A DNA stretch of 64,000 nt from Pseudomonadota bacterium (lineage in GTDB: Bacteria > Pseudomonadota > Alphaproteobacteria > Rhizobiales > Xanthobacteraceae): the NCBI GenBank assembly GCA_023435725.1, contig JAEYRD010000044.1, positions 37,485 to 101,484 of the forward strand, written 5' to 3'. Of the stretch, positions 62,899 to 64,000 are shown piece by piece. The translations under genes were made by a program, and so were the position numbers. The notes under the pieces were generated by a model. The model searched no databases. It saw only the letters and a program-made list of their open reading frames with translations, and was not told the origin of the DNA. Positions within the stretch are counted from its first letter, which is position 1. The number at the start of each line of letters is the position of its first letter.

Positions 62899-63264
62899 AT
62901 GGTCAAAGCGCCCGCCTTCCTCCTGTTGTCGCTGGCGCTCGCCGGATGCGCCGTGGCCCCGCAGGCGCATCTCGCGTCCGATCCCGCCTTCAAGCCTGCG
63001 CGCTATGCCTGGGACGGTGCCGGCGAGGATCCCAATCAGCCGCGTTCCGCCTCAGGGCCATCGCGTGCAACGCGCGCCGCCGCATCCGAGCTCAACAAGT
63101 CGCAAGCCGGGCTTCAGCCCTATTCGAAGGAATGGTGGCAGGCCCAGGACGGCATCGAGGCCGAGCAGGACGCCAGGGTCAACCGCTCCCTCGTCATCTG
63201 CCAGGGCTGCCTCCGCCAACAGCCACACCCTGAAGATGCGCGGCTGGCCAAGGCGACCGATTGA
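62899..63264 (+). CDS. Hypothetical lipoprotein
   Basis: Lipobox LAGC, PYSKEWW, C-terminal ICQGC. Confidence 0.75.
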   Translation: MVKAPAFLLLSLALAGCAVAPQAHLASDPAFKPARYAWDGAGEDPNQPRSASGPSRATRAAASELNKSQAGLQPYSKEWWQAQDGIEAEQDARVNRSLVICQGCLRQQPHPEDARLAKATD

Positions 63265-63356
63265 ACCGAACGGGCTCTCCATCGGTCTACAGAGATACGC
63301 GGCCGACGCCGGCCGCTCCGGCCTGCCATCGCACGCCGTCATCTCAGGGACATTTC

Positions 63357-63872
63357 ATGATCACCCGTCGAACCTTCGTCGCCGCCTCTCTCCTCGCCTT
63401 CGCCTTCCCGGCATTCGCCGTGATGCCTGCTCCAAGTGACCCCGTCGCCATCCTGACCGCGATCTACACCCGCGCGGCCAAGGGCAAGGGCGATGGTGGC
63501 GGCGCCTTCATCATCGAGAACAAGGCGGCCAAGGACAAATATCTCTCCAAGGCTCTGGTCGCGCTGTGGGCCAAGGCGGATGCGCATACGCCGAAGGGCG
63601 ATGTCGGACCGGTCGATTTCGATCCTGTCACCAATTCGCAGGAACCCGACGTGAAGTCGTTCAAGGTTGACGCCGAGAAGACGGACGCCGACAAGGCGAC
63701 GATCGCGGTGACCTTCACCGGCCACCGCAACGACCGTAAACCCGCCGACCAGATCGTGCGTTACGACTTCGTGCGCGAGGCCAACAGCTGGAGGATCGAC
63801 GACATCAGGGGCTCGTCCGACGGCGAAGCCTGGTCGATCCGCAAGATGCTGACGGACTCGCTGAAGAGCTGA
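63357..63872 (+). CDS. DUF3828/YbjP-like exported protein
   Basis: TRRTF Tat-like signal, DFDPVTNSQ, WRIDDI. Confidence 0.8.
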   Translation: MITRRTFVAASLLAFAFPAFAVMPAPSDPVAILTAIYTRAAKGKGDGGGAFIIENKAAKDKYLSKALVALWAKADAHTPKGDVGPVDFDPVTNSQEPDVKSFKVDAEKTDADKATIAVTFTGHRNDRKPADQIVRYDFVREANSWRIDDIRGSSDGEAWSIRKMLTDSLKS

Positions 63873-63883
63873 CCGGAGACGAT

Positions 63884-64000
63884 ATGAGCGACGTCATCGA
63901 CAACAAGGTCCATCACCGCTTCGAGCTTGAGGTCGAGGGCTATCTTGCGACCGAACACTACAAGCTCGACGGCAACGTCATCACCTTCGTGCATACCGAG
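63884..64000 (+). CDS. Small GNAT-family acetyltransferase (YjdJ-like), partial
   Basis: GGAG RBS, MSDVIDNKVHHRFELEVEG...VITFVHTE running off the window end. Confidence 0.8.
   Translation, partial: MSDVIDNKVHHRFELEVEGYLATEHYKLDGNVITFVHTE

Overview
High-GC alphaproteobacterial chromosome segment, very probably Bradyrhizobium (inferred from gene content, codon style and intergenic palindromic repeats). 1-15.8 kb is an accessory organosulfur-scavenging cluster: three LLM flavin monooxygenases, a DszC/SfnB-like monooxygenase, a flavin reductase, a sulfonate-type ABC transporter, serine acetyltransferase, a methyltransferase, a MetQ-type binding protein and an Lrp regulator. Its proteins are strongly Cys/Met-depleted, and it carries two frameshifted genes plus one truncated gene. 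16-31 kb holds small hypothetical and secreted proteins, acetoacetate-CoA ligase, a secreted caspase-family peptidase and cysK, with several unannotated candidate small RNAs behind CRP-family boxes. 31-53 kb is core genome (tgt, asd, queA, two cyclophilins, coaD, kup, gyrA, ssb, three Omp25-type porins, uvrA). The best unexplained signals are a Thr-rich leader-peptide attenuator in front of asd, CRP/Clr-box-driven sRNA candidates at 17.3 kb and 23.75-24.0 kb, a ~550-nt highly structured non-coding element at 56.4-57.0 kb, and a LexA-boxed AAA ATPase. No rRNA, tRNA, CRISPR array or transposase was seen.
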